From positions 1,584 to 65,583 of the forward strand of contig JAFGXO010000171.1 of the NCBI GenBank assembly GCA_016936595.1: 64,000 nucleotides of DNA, written 5' to 3'. Below, piece after piece: positions 37,396 through 48,966 of the stretch. Source of the DNA: Bacteroidales bacterium. GTDB taxonomy: Bacteria; Bacteroidota; Bacteroidia; Bacteroidales; JAFGUD01. The notes beneath the pieces are model-generated. The model was given only the letters and a program-made list of their open reading frames with translations, was not told the DNA's origin and made no database searches. Positions within the stretch are counted from its first letter, which is position 1. Each line of letters begins with the position of its first letter. The position numbers were made by a program, and so were the translations under genes.

Positions 37396-37962
37396 TTATT
37401 TGTCGTCTTCTTCTTTATTTTCTTCTTTTATCTCTTCAACTTCATTAGTAATTTCTTCAGTTAAATTTTCAACAATCTCTTCAACATCAGGTTTTACTTC
37501 TTCAACTTTGTTACTTAAAACTTCTTGAGTTGCGTCAGAAGTTTTTTTACCACGACGAGAGCGGCGTTTTTTGCCATCTGATTTTTCGTTTGGAGCATAA
37601 GTTGTATTAAAATCTACAAGCTCAATATAACATATTTCAGCATTGTCACCAACTCTATGTCCAATTTTTAAAATCCTTGTATATCCACCCGGACGATCGC
37701 CCACTTTAGGGGCAATTGTTCTAAAAAGTTCACTTACTGCATATTTATCTCTAAAATATCTAAATGCAGTTCTTCTATTATGAGTAGTATCATTTTTGGC
37801 TTTAGTAATAATTGGTTCAATGTATGTGCGTAAAACTTTTGCTTTTGCAAGCGTGGTTTTAATACGTTTATGCATAACAAGCGAGGTTGCCATATTCGCA
37901 AGCATTGCTTTTCTGTGCGATGCAGTTCTGCTTAAATTGTTATTCTTATTTCTATGTCTCAT
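37396..37962 (-). CDS. rplQ: 50S ribosomal protein L17 (with a long Lys/Glu-rich C-terminal tail)
   Basis: [28 protein letters not shown]... is the L17 signature. It is the last gene after rpoA. It is 188 aa because of a ~60-aa charged tail. Confidence 0.96.
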   Translation of the reverse strand: MRHRNKNNNLSRTASHRKAMLANMATSLVMHKRIKTTLAKAKVLRTYIEPIITKAKNDTTHNRRTAFRYFRDKYAVSELFRTIAPKVGDRPGGYTRILKIGHRVGDNAEICYIELVDFNTTYAPNEKSDGKKRRSRRGKKTSDATQEVLSNKVEEVKPDVEEIVENLTEEITNEVEEIKEENKEEDDK

Positions 37963-38000
37963 CTTTTAAAGTATTTTATTGTTAAAAAAAATGACCTGAA

Positions 38001-39002
38001 TTATTCTTCGTCATCGAGGTTATATTTAGAGGTATCGAGCCCAAAGTCAAGATTAAGATTATCAAGTAAAAGTTCTAACTCAGAAAGAGATTTTTTGCCA
38101 AAATTTCTGAACTTTAACAAGTCTTCTTTTTGATAACTTACTAAATCTCCAAGAGAATGAACATCAGCACTTTTAAGGCAATTTAATGCTCTAACAGACA
38201 AGTCCATATCAACTAATTTTTTCTTAAGCAGCTGTCTAACTCTTAAAAATTCTTCGTCAAATTCTTGTGTTTTTTTCTTCTCTTCAGTTTCAACAGTTAT
38301 TTTCTCATCAGAAAATAGCATAAAGTGATAAATTAAAATCTTAGCAGCTTCTTTTAAAGCCTCTTTAGGATGTATAGAGCCGTCAGTAGAAATTTCTAAT
38401 GCAAGTTTTTCGTAGTCTGTTTTTCTACCTACGCGATAATTTTCAATAGTAAATTTCACGTTTTTAATAGGTGTAAAAATTGAATCAATAGCTACAGAAC
38501 CAAAAGGCATATCATCTATTTCGTTATCTTCTGCTTGGATATATCCTCTGCCTTTTTCTACATCAATTTCTATTTGTAGTTTAACAAAACTCTCTAATTT
38601 ACAAATAGTTAAATCTTTGTTAATAACTTCAAAATTGGCTAAAAATTTATCTAAATCTCCTGCTTTAAACTCTTCTTGACCGGTTATTGTAACAAATATT
38701 TTTTCTCCATCTAAATCATCTTCTTCGCTTTTTCTTCTGAATCGAACTTGTTTAAAATTTAAAACTATTTCTGTTACGTCTTCAACAACTCCAGTAATAG
38801 TACTAAATTCATGGTCGACACCTTCAATTTTTATTCTGGTAATAGCAAAACCTTCAAGAGAAGACAAAAGAATTCTTCTGATTGTGTTACCTATTGTCAT
38901 ACCAAAACCGGGTTCGAGAGGTCTAAACTCGAACTTCCCATAAAACTCATCAGACTGAAGTTGTATAACTTTTTCAGGTTTTTGGAAGTCTAAAATTGCC
39001 AT
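38001..39002 (-). CDS. rpoA: DNA-directed RNA polymerase alpha subunit
   Basis: [12 protein letters not shown]...; the NTD is followed by a CTD ([21 protein letters not shown]). I chose ATG at 39000-39002 over the TTG-extended ORF-track start (39026). Confidence 0.96.
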   Translation of the reverse strand: MAILDFQKPEKVIQLQSDEFYGKFEFRPLEPGFGMTIGNTIRRILLSSLEGFAITRIKIEGVDHEFSTITGVVEDVTEIVLNFKQVRFRRKSEEDDLDGEKIFVTITGQEEFKAGDLDKFLANFEVINKDLTICKLESFVKLQIEIDVEKGRGYIQAEDNEIDDMPFGSVAIDSIFTPIKNVKFTIENYRVGRKTDYEKLALEISTDGSIHPKEALKEAAKILIYHFMLFSDEKITVETEEKKKTQEFDEEFLRVRQLLKKKLVDMDLSVRALNCLKSADVHSLGDLVSYQKEDLLKFRNFGKKSLSELELLLDNLNLDFGLDTSKYNLDDEE

Positions 39003-39064
39003 AAAGCTAAATTTGTTTTTTAACAAATCTGTTGTGCATAATAAACATGCCCAACAGAATATTA

Positions 39065-39673
39065 TTATTTTGAATATAATTCAACGATAAGTTGTTCGTT
39101 GATTTTTTCAGGAATATCCTCGCGAGCAGGAGTATTAATCATCTTTCCGCTCATCAACTTTACGTCCCACTCTAACCAAGAGTATTGTCCGGCGCGTCCT
39201 CTTTCAACACTTTCGGTAATAGCTAAAAGAGATTTTGATCTTTCTCTTACGCTAATAATATCGCCAACTTTCACTTCGTAAGAAGGAATGTTTAATACTT
39301 TACCGTTAATTAAAATATGTTTGTGTGAAACTAACTGACGTGCAGCCCTTCGAGTTGGAGCAATGCCCAAGCGAAAAACCATATTATCTAATCGAGCTTC
39401 CAATAATTGAAGCAAAATTTCGCCTGTAACTCCCTCTTTACGTGTTGCCTTATCGAAAGTTTTTCTAAACTGTCTTTCAAGTACGCCGTAAGTATATTTT
39501 ACTTTCTGTTTTTCATTTAACTGAATACCGTAAACTGAAAGTTTTTTTCTACGGTTCAATTTTCCATGTTGACCGGGAGGATAATTTCTTCTTTCTAAAT
39601 ATTTATCAGGTCCGAATAATTGTTCTCCAAAACGTCTGGAAATTTTTGTTGTTGGTCCAGTATATCTTGCCAT
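39065..39673 (-). CDS. rpsD: 30S ribosomal protein S4
   Basis: [21 protein letters not shown]...; alpha-operon position. Confidence 0.97.
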   Translation of the reverse strand: MARYTGPTTKISRRFGEQLFGPDKYLERRNYPPGQHGKLNRRKKLSVYGIQLNEKQKVKYTYGVLERQFRKTFDKATRKEGVTGEILLQLLEARLDNMVFRLGIAPTRRAARQLVSHKHILINGKVLNIPSYEVKVGDIISVRERSKSLLAITESVERGRAGQYSWLEWDVKLMSGKMINTPAREDIPEKINEQLIVELYSK

Positions 39674-39693
39674 TTTATTTTTTTATTTTGAAA

Positions 39694-40086
39694 TTAAACT
39701 CTTCTTCTTTTAGGAGGTCTGCAACCATTATGAGGTATTGGGGTAACATCAACTATTTCATTAACGTCAATACCAACCCCCGAAATAGCTCTTACGGCAG
39801 CTTCACGTCCGTTTCCGGGCCCTTTTACATAAACTTTAACTCTTCGAAGCCCTAAATTAAAAGCTTCTTGAGCTGCTTCTTCAGCTGCTGTTTGTGCAGC
39901 ATAGGGAGTGTTCTTTTTTGAGCCTCTAAATCCCTTTTTTCCGGCTGACGACCAACTTATTGTTTGCCCTTGGGCGTTGGTCAAGGTGATGATTATATTA
40001 TTGAACGATGAGTGGATATGTGCCTCACCCATAGGTTCAATATTAACCTTTTTCTTTCTTTTAACAACTTTTGTTTTTTTTGCCAT
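39694..40086 (-). CDS. rpsK: 30S ribosomal protein S11
   Basis: [28 protein letters not shown]...[13 protein letters not shown]. Confidence 0.97.
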   Translation of the reverse strand: MAKKTKVVKRKKKVNIEPMGEAHIHSSFNNIIITLTNAQGQTISWSSAGKKGFRGSKKNTPYAAQTAAEEAAQEAFNLGLRRVKVYVKGPGNGREAAVRAISGVGIDVNEIVDVTPIPHNGCRPPKRRRV

Positions 40087-40123
40087 TGCGAGATGTTTTT
40101 CACTAAATCAATGAATAAAAATT

Positions 40124-40504
40124 TTATTTTCTTGGTGCCTTTTTCTTTCCGGCAATAGTTTTTTTACGACCTTTTCGAGTACGCGCATTTGTACTGGTTC
40201 TTTGGCCATTTACAGGTAATCCTAGTCGGTGTCTAATACCGCGATAACAACCTATATCCTGAAGTCTTTTAATGTTCTGAATAACTTCTGATCTTAAAGC
40301 ACCTTCTACAGTGTATTCGTCGCTAACGATTCGTCTAATTTCAGAAACTTGTTCATCTGTCCAATCCTTAATTTTAATTGAACCATCAACTCCTGCTTTT
40401 TCTAATATTTCTGCAGAAATTGCTTTCCCGATCCCGTAGATATATGTAAGTCCTATATCACCGCGTTTATTCTTGGGTAAATCAATACCAACAATACGTG
40501 CCAT
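40124..40504 (-). CDS. rpsM: 30S ribosomal protein S13
   Basis: [26 protein letters not shown]... Confidence 0.97.
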   Translation of the reverse strand: MARIVGIDLPKNKRGDIGLTYIYGIGKAISAEILEKAGVDGSIKIKDWTDEQVSEIRRIVSDEYTVEGALRSEVIQNIKRLQDIGCYRGIRHRLGLPVNGQRTSTNARTRKGRKKTIAGKKKAPRK

Positions 40505-40531
40505 ATTATTATTGTTTTTTTATATTAAAAA

Positions 40532-40648
40532 TTATCCCTGTCTTTGTTTAAATCGTGGGTTTTTTTTGTTTATGACGTATAAGCGTCCTTTGCGTTTTAC
40601 AATCTTGCAATCAGCACTTCTTTTTTTTATTGATGCTCTTACTTTCAT
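40532..40648 (-). CDS. rpmJ: 50S ribosomal protein L36
   Basis: It is not in the ORF track (38 aa). My own translation of the reverse strand is [38 protein letters not shown]. It sits in the canonical slot between infA and rpsM. Confidence 0.93.
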   Translation of the reverse strand: MKVRASIKKRSADCKIVKRKGRLYVINKKNPRFKQRQG

Positions 40649-40717
40649 TATTTATATTTTTTTTAAAAAGTTTTTTAAAGTTTGCAAAAATAATCTTAAT
40701 TTATGAGAATCGAAAAA

Positions 40718-40939
40718 TTAATTTTTGTATCTAAAAACAATTCTCCCTTTTTCTAAGTCATAAGGCGATAATTCTACTTGTACTTTATCTCCCGGTAAGA
40801 TTTTTATGTAATTTAATCTCATTCTTCCGGCTAAGTGTGCAAGTATTACTCTCCCGTTTTCTAATTCTACTCTAAAACGTGCATTTGCTAATGCTTCTAC
40901 TACTACTCCGTCTTTTTGTATTGATTGTTGTTTTGCCAT
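40718..40939 (-). CDS. infA: Translation initiation factor IF-1
   Basis: 73 aa; [45 protein letters not shown]. Confidence 0.97.
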   Translation of the reverse strand: MAKQQSIQKDGVVVEALANARFRVELENGRVILAHLAGRMRLNYIKILPGDKVQVELSPYDLEKGRIVFRYKN

Positions 40940-40941
40940 TT

Positions 40942-41742
40942 TTAAATTTTTGGTGCCGTTATAAATTCATTTTTTTCGATTGCCTCATAAATGTAATCAA
41001 ATGTAGATAAAATATCCACCTTATTTGCTTTTACAGCTATTGATAACTCATAATGAGCCGAAGGCATTCCATCTTTAGTTTTAGTTGTCCATCCATCATT
41101 TTCAATAAAAATTTCTTTGCCACCTAAATTTATCATGGGTTCTATTGCAATCGTTAACCCTTTTTTTATCTTTTTGCCTGACCCTCTTCTACCATAATTA
41201 GGAACCGAAGGATCTTCATGCAATCTTTTCCCTATTCCGTGTCCGGTCATTTCTCTAACAACGGTACAATTATTAGTTTCAGCAAAATGTTGAATTGCAT
41301 TTCCAATATCACCTATTCTATTACCTACAGTGGCAACACTTATGCCTTTATAAAGAGATTGTAACGTTGTTTCCATTAAACTCCAAACTTCTTTACTAAC
41401 TTCTCCAACAGCGTAAGTGAATGCAGAATCACCAACATAGCCATTTAATACTGTACCACAATCAACCGACACAATATCTCCATTTTTTAACTTATAATCT
41501 GAAGGAAAACCATGTACAACTACATCATTTACTGATATACAAAGTGTATATGGAAATCCATTATAATTAAGAAATGCAGGTTTTGCACCATTTGCTCTAA
41601 TAAACTCTTCGGCAATTTTGTCTAATTCTATAGTTGTTACTCCAGGTTTAATATGCTTTGCAATTTCAGCATGTGTTTTGCCTAAAAGTAAGTTGCTTTG
41701 CCTTAAAAGCTCAATTTCATTATCAGTTTTATAAAATATCAT
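40942..41742 (-). CDS. map: Type I methionine aminopeptidase
   Basis: 266 aa; [22 protein letters not shown]...GHGIG...IEPM metal-ligand blocks. Confidence 0.95.
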   Translation of the reverse strand: MIFYKTDNEIELLRQSNLLLGKTHAEIAKHIKPGVTTIELDKIAEEFIRANGAKPAFLNYNGFPYTLCISVNDVVVHGFPSDYKLKNGDIVSVDCGTVLNGYVGDSAFTYAVGEVSKEVWSLMETTLQSLYKGISVATVGNRIGDIGNAIQHFAETNNCTVVREMTGHGIGKRLHEDPSVPNYGRRGSGKKIKKGLTIAIEPMINLGGKEIFIENDGWTTKTKDGMPSAHYELSIAVKANKVDILSTFDYIYEAIEKNEFITAPKI

Positions 41743-41744
41743 AA

Positions 41745-43085
41745 CTATAGAGCTGCACCAACACCAGCACGTCCTTTAAGTCGTCCACCTTTAGTAAATC
41801 CATCGTAATGACGCATTTTCATGTGGCTTTCTATTTGTTGTAAAGTGTCTAAAACAACGCCTACTAAAATTAGCAGAGAAGTTCCTCCATAAAAATAAGC
41901 AAATGCTCTATTTACTCCGGCCAACATTGCAAATGCAGGTAATATTGCAATAATTGCAAGTAATATTGATCCGGGTAAAGTAATTTTTGACATTACGCTA
42001 TCTAAATGTTCAACGGTTTTTCTTCCCGGTTTTATTCCAGGAATAAATCCCCCATTTTTACGCAAATCTTCGGCCATTTGTGTTGGATTAATAATTACTG
42101 CTGTATAAAAATAAGTAAAAAGAATAATCATTAAAGCATAAACAAAATTGTACCAAAAACCTGTTATATCAGAAAACGCAGCTCCAATACCAGACAATGC
42201 ATCTGATTTAAAACCAGAAAACATTAAAGGTATGAACATTAAAGCTTGAGCAAAAATGATTGGCATAACACCAGAAGCATTAACTTTAAGAGGTAAATAC
42301 TGTCGAGCTCCACCATATTGCTTGTTACCAATAATTCTTTTAGCATATTGTACAGGTACTTGCCTAACAGCCTGTATAAGAGCTATAGCAAAAACAAATA
42401 CTACAAAAAGAATTACTATTTCAACCAAGAATGCAATTAGCCCACCTCCTGTTGCTTCAAGACGTGACCCGAACTCATAAAAAACAGACGAGGGTAAATT
42501 AGCAATAATACCTATCATAATCAACAATGATATACCATTTCCAACACCTTTATCGGTTATCCTTTCTCCAAGCCACATAACAAAAATGGTACCTGTAGTA
42601 AGAATTAAAATAGAAGGAATTGTGAAGCCCCATTTACTGGTTACAACAAAAGCCTCCATTGGAAGTTGATAATTTAAGTTTGCTAAATATGCCGGTGCTT
42701 GGAAAAGAAGAATTAAAATGGTTAAATAACGAGTTATTTGATTTATTTTCTTCCGACCGCTTTCACCTTCACGTTGTAACTTTTGAAAATAAGGAACAGC
42801 CATACCTAAAAGTTGAACAACAATTGATGCAGAAATGTAAGGCATAATTCCCAAAGCAAAAACAGATGCGTTAGCAAATGCACCACCCGAAAACATATTT
42901 AATAAAGACATCAAGCCTTGATCGGATTGAGCTTTTAAATTTCCTAACATACCTGGATCTAATCCGGGTAAAACAACATGAGCACCAAATCTATAAACCA
43001 CAATAAATCCTAAAGTAACTAGGATTTTATTGCGTAGATCTTCTATTTTATATATTGTTTTAAATATTTCAATAAGTCGTTTCAT
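41745..43085 (-). CDS. secY: Preprotein translocase subunit SecY
   Basis: 446 aa with 10 TM helices; GIMPYISASIVVQLL and GGFIPGIKPGRKT motifs. Confidence 0.97.
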   Translation of the reverse strand: MKRLIEIFKTIYKIEDLRNKILVTLGFIVVYRFGAHVVLPGLDPGMLGNLKAQSDQGLMSLLNMFSGGAFANASVFALGIMPYISASIVVQLLGMAVPYFQKLQREGESGRKKINQITRYLTILILLFQAPAYLANLNYQLPMEAFVVTSKWGFTIPSILILTTGTIFVMWLGERITDKGVGNGISLLIMIGIIANLPSSVFYEFGSRLEATGGGLIAFLVEIVILFVVFVFAIALIQAVRQVPVQYAKRIIGNKQYGGARQYLPLKVNASGVMPIIFAQALMFIPLMFSGFKSDALSGIGAAFSDITGFWYNFVYALMIILFTYFYTAVIINPTQMAEDLRKNGGFIPGIKPGRKTVEHLDSVMSKITLPGSILLAIIAILPAFAMLAGVNRAFAYFYGGTSLLILVGVVLDTLQQIESHMKMRHYDGFTKGGRLKGRAGVGAAL

Positions 43086-43109
43086 CAGAATGATTTAATT
43101 AGTTTTTTT

Positions 43110-43556
43110 TTAGATAAGAACTGCTTCGGCGCCTAATTTTTCGATGGCTTCTTTAGCCGATTTAGAAAATGCGTGTGCGTGAACTGTAACTTTTTTTGTT
43201 ATTTCGCCATTTCCTAAAATTTTAACTTTGTCATTCTTAGCTACTAAGCTTGCTTCTCTAAGAATTTCAAAAGTAATAAGCTCAAGATTCTTATCTGTTG
43301 CTAATTTTTCAATTACAGATAAATTAATTGGTTTGTATTCAACGCGATTTCTGTTTTTAAATCCGAATTTAGGAACGCGTCTGGTTAAAGACATTTGCCC
43401 TCCCTCAAATCCAATTTTTTTGCTGTATCCTGAACGAGACTTTGCACCTTTGTGGCCTCTAGTAGAAGTTCCGCCACGTCCGCTTCCCTGACCGCGTGCA
43501 ATACGTTTGCGATTTTTAGTTGATCCTTTCGCAGGTGTTAAATTACTTAAGTCCAT
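43110..43556 (-). CDS. rplO: 50S ribosomal protein L15
   Basis: MDLSNLTPAKGSTKNRKRIARGQGSGRGGTSTRGHKG... Confidence 0.97.
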   Translation of the reverse strand: MDLSNLTPAKGSTKNRKRIARGQGSGRGGTSTRGHKGAKSRSGYSKKIGFEGGQMSLTRRVPKFGFKNRNRVEYKPINLSVIEKLATDKNLELITFEILREASLVAKNDKVKILGNGEITKKVTVHAHAFSKSAKEAIEKLGAEAVLI

Positions 43557-43600
43557 TGTTCTTAATTTTTTCAGTTTTTCGTATAATACGAAAATAATTT

Positions 43601-43780
43601 TTAAATATTTTCTACTTTAATTAGGTGATTTACCTTATTTACCATTCCTAAAACTTGAGGTGAGGCAGTATGCTCACTGCTAGAATTGATTTTTCTAAGC
43701 CCAAGTGCCTGAACGGTTCTTTTTTGACGTTTTGAAGCACCTATAATGCTTCTGATTAATGTAACTTTAATTTTTTCCAT
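43601..43780 (-). CDS. rpmD: 50S ribosomal protein L30
   Basis: MEKIKVTLIRSIIGASKRQKRTVQALGLRK... (59 aa). I trimmed the ORF-track start (43852), which overlaps rpsE, to ATG 43778-43780. Confidence 0.93.
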   Translation of the reverse strand: MEKIKVTLIRSIIGASKRQKRTVQALGLRKINSSSEHTASPQVLGMVNKVNHLIKVENI

Positions 43781-43793
43781 TTTGATAAAAATC

Positions 43794-44309
43794 TTAACCG
43801 TTAAAAACTTTTTGGATTGAAATACCTCTCTGCTCTGCAACAGTTTTTGCATCTCTAATTTCAGTTAATGCTTTGATAGTAGCTTTAACTACATTGTGAG
43901 GATTTGATGATCCTTTGGAACCGGCAAGAACATCGGTAATTCCGGCACTCTCAAGAACGGCACGCATTGCGTTACCGGCTTTAATTCCAGTACCACTTGT
44001 AGCCGGACGAACAAATACATGAGCTCCTCTGTATCGAGCTTCTTGTTCGTGAGGTATTGTTCCTTTATAAACAGGAACTTTTATTAGATTCTTTTTTGCT
44101 TGGTCAACTGCTTTAGAAATAGCACTATTTACTTCACCGGCTTTTCCTTGTCCGTAACCAACTATCATATCACCATTTCCAACAACAACAATTGCCGAAA
44201 ATGTGAATGTGCGTCCACCTTTAGTAACTTTGGTTACTCTTCTGATGTCAACAACCTTTTCTTGAAGGTCTAAATCGCTTACTTTAACTCTACGTATATT
44301 ATTTGCCAT
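43794..44309 (-). CDS. rpsE: 30S ribosomal protein S5
   Basis: [35 protein letters not shown]. Confidence 0.97.
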   Translation of the reverse strand: MANNIRRVKVSDLDLQEKVVDIRRVTKVTKGGRTFTFSAIVVVGNGDMIVGYGQGKAGEVNSAISKAVDQAKKNLIKVPVYKGTIPHEQEARYRGAHVFVRPATSGTGIKAGNAMRAVLESAGITDVLAGSKGSSNPHNVVKATIKALTEIRDAKTVAEQRGISIQKVFNG

Positions 44310-44324
44310 AATTTTTTTGTTTTA

Positions 44325-44687
44325 TTAAAAGATTAAACCTCCTTTTCTGATCCCATCTGCTAAAGATTTAACTCTACCGTGGTATCTGTATCCGCCTCTA
44401 TCAAAAACTACTGTTTTAATGGTTGAATTAAGTGCTTTTTCTGCCAACACTTTTCCAACTAATTCAGCTTGTTGAGATTTGTTTAAACCTTCCAATTTTT
44501 CGGCTACTTCTTTTGTTTTTGTAGATGCAGAAACTAAAGTTGAACCTTGTACATCGTCGATAATTTGAGCGTATATGTGTTTGTTGCTTCTAAAAATAGA
44601 GATGCGAGGTTTTTCAGTTGTTCCTGATATTTTTTTTCTTATTCTCGTCTTAACATTGTTTCTGCGAGATATTTTATCTAATGCCAT
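44325..44687 (-). CDS. rplR: 50S ribosomal protein L18
   Basis: [21 protein letters not shown]... Confidence 0.97.
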   Translation of the reverse strand: MALDKISRRNNVKTRIRKKISGTTEKPRISIFRSNKHIYAQIIDDVQGSTLVSASTKTKEVAEKLEGLNKSQQAELVGKVLAEKALNSTIKTVVFDRGGYRYHGRVKSLADGIRKGGLIF

Positions 44688-44740
44688 CTTTTTTGTATTT
44701 AAAAATTAATTAAATAAAGCAATGTAATAATTATGCTACT

Positions 44741-45292
44741 TTATTTAGAAGCAGTTTTACCTTGTTTACGACGTATTTCTTCGCCTTTGAATTTAATTCC
44801 TTTCCCTTTATATGGCTCAGGTGGTCTGTATGAACGTATCTTTGCAACAACCTGTCCTAAAAGTTGTTTGTCGTATGACTTTAAGGTTAATACAGGATTT
44901 GCACGCTTTTCTTGCAATACTTCTGCTTGAACTTCTTCCGGGAGTTCAAATAAAAGGTCGTGAGAAAATCCTAACGACATTTCTAATTGCTGAGCATTAA
45001 CAGTTGCTTTGTATCCTACGCCTACTAATTCAAGTACTGTAGTATATCCTTCCGAAACACCTTGAACCATGTTATTCAATAAAGAACGATATAATCCGTG
45101 CATAGAACTGTGTTGACGACTATCTGAAGGTCTTTTTACAAGGAGTTGATTATCTGCAATTTCTATAGTTATATCAGGGTGCAATTCTTGGGTTAATTCT
45201 CCTAATTTACCTTTAACAGTAACTATATTATTATCGTTTTTTATTTCAACGCCTTGAGGAATAACTATTGGTAATTTTCCTATTCTTGACAT
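44741..45292 (-). CDS. rplF: 50S ribosomal protein L6
   Basis: MSRIGKLPIVIPQGVEIK... Confidence 0.97.
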   Translation of the reverse strand: MSRIGKLPIVIPQGVEIKNDNNIVTVKGKLGELTQELHPDITIEIADNQLLVKRPSDSRQHSSMHGLYRSLLNNMVQGVSEGYTTVLELVGVGYKATVNAQQLEMSLGFSHDLLFELPEEVQAEVLQEKRANPVLTLKSYDKQLLGQVVAKIRSYRPPEPYKGKGIKFKGEEIRRKQGKTASK

Positions 45293-45311
45293 TTTTTTTG
45301 ACTTTTAGATT

Positions 45312-45710
45312 TTAATAAACATAGCAAATTACTTCGCCGCCAATTTTTTGAGCTCTGGCTTCTTTATCTGTCATAAGCCCAGCCGAGGTAGATATAATTG
45401 CTATACCTAAGCCGTTTAAAACGCGAGGCAAATTTTCACTATTTACATACTTACGTAATCCCGGTTTACTTACTCTGTCAATTTTTTTAATTGCCGGAGT
45501 TTTTGAAACAGGGTGATATTTAAGAGCAATTTTAATTTTGCCCTGAATTTTTTCATCAACAAACTTGTAGCTTAATATATAACCCTTATCAAAAAGAATT
45601 TCAGTCATTCTTTTTTTCATTTTAGAAGCAGGAATCTCAACAACTTTGTGTTTAGCACTCACGGCATTTCTAATTCGAGTAAGGTAATCTGCTATAGTAT
45701 CTGTATACAT
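45312..45710 (-). CDS. rpsH: 30S ribosomal protein S8
   Basis: [16 protein letters not shown]... Confidence 0.97.
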   Translation of the reverse strand: MYTDTIADYLTRIRNAVSAKHKVVEIPASKMKKRMTEILFDKGYILSYKFVDEKIQGKIKIALKYHPVSKTPAIKKIDRVSKPGLRKYVNSENLPRVLNGLGIAIISTSAGLMTDKEARAQKIGGEVICYVY

Positions 45711-45737
45711 TTTATTCTCTGTTTATGATTAATAATT

Positions 45738-46025
45738 TTACCAGCTTGCTTTTTTAATTCCGGGAATGATTCCGTTAGAAGCCATTTCTCTAAAATTAAT
45801 TCTGCTGATTCCAAATTGACGCATGTAACCGCGAGGACGTCCCGAAAGTTTACAGCGATTTCTGTATCTGATAGAAGATGAATTTGCAGGAAGTTTTTGC
45901 AATTCTAACATAGCCTCGATATCCCCTTCTTTTACTCTTTTTTTGAGTTCTGCTCTTTTTTGAGCGTATTTGTCTATAAGGACCGCACGTTTTCTGTCAC
46001 GTGCTTTCATTGATTCTTTTGCCAT
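45738..46025 (-). CDS. rpsN: 30S ribosomal protein S14 (long, non-zinc type)
   Basis: [20 protein letters not shown]...[26 protein letters not shown]; it lacks CxxC pairs. Confidence 0.96.
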   Translation of the reverse strand: MAKESMKARDRKRAVLIDKYAQKRAELKKRVKEGDIEAMLELQKLPANSSSIRYRNRCKLSGRPRGYMRQFGISRINFREMASNGIIPGIKKASW

Positions 46026-46049
46026 AGTATAGATTATATTTTTACTATT

Positions 46050-46601
46050 TTAGTTTTTCTTAAATGGAAATCCAAATTCTTTTAATAAATCGAAAGCGTC
46101 TTGGTCTGAGTCTGTGTTAGTTACAAAAGTGATATTATAACCCATAATTTTGTAAACTTTTTCGAGCTCAATTTCAGGAAAAATAATTTGTTCTTCTATA
46201 CCCAAAGTATAGTTTCCGTGTCCATCAAATTTAGTGTGAACACCATTAAAGTCTTTAATACGAGGCATTGCAGCAGCAATAAGTCTTTCCAAAAATTCGT
46301 ACATTCTTTGTCCTCTTAAAGTAACTTTAACTCCAATTTTTCTGCCTTTACGAAGTTTAAAGTTTGAAATATCTCGTTTAGAAACAGTAGCAACAGGTTT
46401 TTGTCCGGTAATAGCAGCTAATTCTTCTAAACCTTTTTCAATAAATTTTTTATCATTCAAAGCTTGTCCTAAACCCTGATTAATAACTATTTTCTTTAAT
46501 TGAGGAACCTGCATAATACTTTTATAACTTTTCTTTTCCATCATTGCAGGACGAATTTCCTCCAAGTATTTTGTCTTGTAATTAGGTATATATTTTTCCA
46601 T
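46050..46601 (-). CDS. rplE: 50S ribosomal protein L5
   Basis: YKSIMQVPQLKKIVINQGLG...; its start overlaps the rplX stop (TAATG). Confidence 0.97.
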   Translation of the reverse strand: MEKYIPNYKTKYLEEIRPAMMEKKSYKSIMQVPQLKKIVINQGLGQALNDKKFIEKGLEELAAITGQKPVATVSKRDISNFKLRKGRKIGVKVTLRGQRMYEFLERLIAAAMPRIKDFNGVHTKFDGHGNYTLGIEEQIIFPEIELEKVYKIMGYNITFVTNTDSDQDAFDLLKEFGFPFKKN

Positions 46602-46924
46602 TACTTAATCTCCACTTTATTATCCGATTTTTTAGAATATCTAACTAATTTACCGGCGTCATTAAGCTTTCTGCCGATACGAGTAGGTTTGCCTGTTTCG
46701 GGGCAAATTAACTTGAGATTTGAGAGATGAATAGGAGCTTCACTTTCTTCAATTCCTGTTTGACCTTCTTGTTTAGGTTTTCGGTGTTTTGTGACAATAT
46801 TAACGCCTTCAACAATTGCGAGGTTTTTTTCGGGTAATACTTTAAGTACTCTCCCTTGTTTTTCTTTGTCTTCACCGGTAATAACGTAAACAATGTCTCC
46901 TTTTTTAATATGTAACTTTGCCAT
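46601..46924 (-). CDS. rplX: 50S ribosomal protein L24
   Basis: [29 protein letters not shown]... Confidence 0.97.
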   Translation of the reverse strand: MAKLHIKKGDIVYVITGEDKEKQGRVLKVLPEKNLAIVEGVNIVTKHRKPKQEGQTGIEESEAPIHLSNLKLICPETGKPTRIGRKLNDAGKLVRYSKKSDNKVEIK

Positions 46925-46945
46925 AGTTGTAAGGTGTTTTATAAA

Positions 46946-47311
46946 TTATATAACTTCGGGTGCTAAAGATACGATTTTCATGTATTCTTTTCTTAGTTCT
47001 CTCGGAACGGGGCCAAAAATACGTGTACCTCTAATTTCACCAGCATTATTGATTAGTACGCAAGCGTTATCGTCGAAACGAATATATGTACCATCAACTC
47101 TTCGTACTTCTTTTTTTGTTCTGACAACAACAGCTCTAGTAACAGTACCTTTTTTCATTTCTGTATTTGGAGCAGCACTTTTAACACTAACTACTATTTT
47201 GTCGCCAACTGAGGCATATCTTTTTTTAGTGCCACCAAGTACTCCAATACATAATACTTCTTTTGCGCCGGAGTTATCTGCAACTGCTAAGCGTGATTCT
47301 TTCTGTATCAT
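46946..47311 (-). CDS. rplN: 50S ribosomal protein L14
   Basis: [27 protein letters not shown]... Confidence 0.97.
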   Translation of the reverse strand: MIQKESRLAVADNSGAKEVLCIGVLGGTKKRYASVGDKIVVSVKSAAPNTEMKKGTVTRAVVVRTKKEVRRVDGTYIRFDDNACVLINNAGEIRGTRIFGPVPRELRKEYMKIVSLAPEVI

Positions 47312-47313
47312 AA

Positions 47314-47574
47314 TTATTTAGCTCTTTCAAGTATTTCAACTAATCTCCACTTTTTGTTTTTACTTAGTGGACGTGTTTCCATTATTTTTACAGTGTCACC
47401 AACGTGACAAGTATTGTCATTGTCGTGAGCAAGGTAATTTTTCTTACGCATAATGAATTTCCCGTACTTAGGGTGTTTCATTTTTGTAGTAACCTCAACC
47501 TTTATAGTTTTGTCCATGCTGGTACCAACGACAACTCCTGTTCGTTGTTTTCTGAGTTTTCTTTGAGTTTCCAT
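47314..47574 (-). CDS. rpsQ: 30S ribosomal protein S17
   Basis: [30 protein letters not shown]... Confidence 0.97.
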   Translation of the reverse strand: METQRKLRKQRTGVVVGTSMDKTIKVEVTTKMKHPKYGKFIMRKKNYLAHDNDNTCHVGDTVKIMETRPLSKNKKWRLVEILERAK

Positions 47575-47576
47575 TT

Positions 47577-47786
47577 TTAACTATTTTGTTTTTGTTCTTC
47601 TGCCATTCTTTTTGTCAATTGAGTTTTAAGTCTGGCAATAAGTCTCTTGGTTGATTTTAGTAAATGAGTTTGTTCTAGATTGCTAACAGCATGAGTTGCT
47701 CTAAGATTATAAAGTTTAACCTTTTGCTCCTCAATAGTTTCAACAATTTCTTTTGTAGATAGTTCGCGGATTTCAGAATTTTTCAT
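47577..47786 (-). CDS. rpmC: 50S ribosomal protein L29
   Basis: [29 protein letters not shown]... Confidence 0.96.
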   Translation of the reverse strand: MKNSEIRELSTKEIVETIEEQKVKLYNLRATHAVSNLEQTHLLKSTKRLIARLKTQLTKRMAEEQKQNS

Positions 47787-47805
47787 CGCTTTAATTTTTT
47801 ATTTT

Positions 47806-48222
47806 TTAAACGTAGTCACGTCGTACAATAAACTTTGTTTTAACTGGTAATTTTTGAGCAGCAAGTCTAAGAGCTTCTTTAGCTAAATCTAATTCAACTC
47901 CTTCAACTTCAAAAAGGATTCTTCCCGGATTAACACGAGCAACATATTGATCTATATCACCTTTACCTTTACCCATTCTAACCTCTGCCGGTTTAGATGT
48001 AATAGGTTTGTCAGGAAAAATACGTATCCAAATTTTACCCTGACGTTTAAGGTGACGGGTAACAGCCTGACGAGCAGCTTCTATTTGTCGAGATGTGATA
48101 AATTTTTGTTCTAAAGTTTTTATCCCAAAATCGCCAAAAGCAAGTTGATGTCCTCTCTGCGCGTTACCTTTCATCTTGCCTTTTTGAGGCTTTCTATATT
48201 TTAATTTCTTTGGTTGTAACAT
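47806..48222 (-). CDS. rplP: 50S ribosomal protein L16
   Basis: [19 protein letters not shown]... Confidence 0.97.
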   Translation of the reverse strand: MLQPKKLKYRKPQKGKMKGNAQRGHQLAFGDFGIKTLEQKFITSRQIEAARQAVTRHLKRQGKIWIRIFPDKPITSKPAEVRMGKGKGDIDQYVARVNPGRILFEVEGVELDLAKEALRLAAQKLPVKTKFIVRRDYV

Positions 48223-48244
48223 CGTCTTGAAATTTGTAAATTAG

Positions 48245-48952
48245 TTAATTACTTTTTTTTCTACGTTTAGTAGTAGTCTTTTTTTGCTTCAATTTTTTAT
48301 TAACGTTTGGAGCTAAATCGGGGCGTCCGTAAATTTCGCCTTTAAAGATCCATACTTTAACACCTAATCTACCAACTTTAGTGTGAGCTTCAACCCAAGC
48401 ATAATCAATGTTTGCACGAAAAGTATGAAGTGGTGTACGTCCTTCTTTATATGTTTCTGTACGAGCCATTTCAACACCGTTTAAACGTCCTGATACCTGA
48501 ACTTTGATACCTAAAGCACCCATTCGCATAGTAGTAGAAATTGAGTTTTTAACTGCTCTACGATATGCCACACGACCTTCTATTTGACGTGCAACTGAAT
48601 TTGCTACGATTAACGCATCAAGTTCGGGGCGTTTAACTTCTAGTATGTTTACTTGAACCTCTTTATCACTTGTTATTTTTTTCAGCTCTTCTTTTAACTT
48701 GTCAACATCTTTTCCGCCTTTTCCGATAATTATTCCGGGGCGTGCAGTATTGATAGTAACAGTAATTAGTTTAACTGTTCTTTCAATTATTATTCTTGAA
48801 AGATTGGCTTTTGCTAAACGAACATTTAGATATTTTCTGATTTTGTCATCTTCAACTAAATTATCGGCATAGTTATCGCCACCAAACCAGTTTGAATCCC
48901 AACCTCGAATAAAGCCAAGTCTGTTACTTATTGGATTAACCTTTTGTCCCAT
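48245..48952 (-). CDS. rpsC: 30S ribosomal protein S3
   Basis: [23 protein letters not shown]... Confidence 0.97.
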   Translation of the reverse strand: MGQKVNPISNRLGFIRGWDSNWFGGDNYADNLVEDDKIRKYLNVRLAKANLSRIIIERTVKLITVTINTARPGIIIGKGGKDVDKLKEELKKITSDKEVQVNILEVKRPELDALIVANSVARQIEGRVAYRRAVKNSISTTMRMGALGIKVQVSGRLNGVEMARTETYKEGRTPLHTFRANIDYAWVEAHTKVGRLGVKVWIFKGEIYGRPDLAPNVNKKLKQKKTTTKRRKKSN

Positions 48953-48966
48953 TCTGCTTTATAAAT

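Noticed and set aside
40473-40706. 77-aa plus-strand ORF
   Set aside because: It is antisense to rpmJ (L36) and to the rpsM start. The conserved L36 sequence on the minus strand explains this region.
43781-43852. N-terminal 24-codon extension of the L30 ORF
   Set aside because: The extension overlaps the 3' end of rpsE and is not L30-like. The canonical MEKIKVTLIRS start at 43780 gives the expected 59-aa protein.
46893-47321. 142-aa plus-strand ORF
   Set aside because: It is entirely antisense to rplN/rplX, whose identities are unambiguous. It has low-complexity S/T/L/F-rich translation and is a typical shadow ORF.
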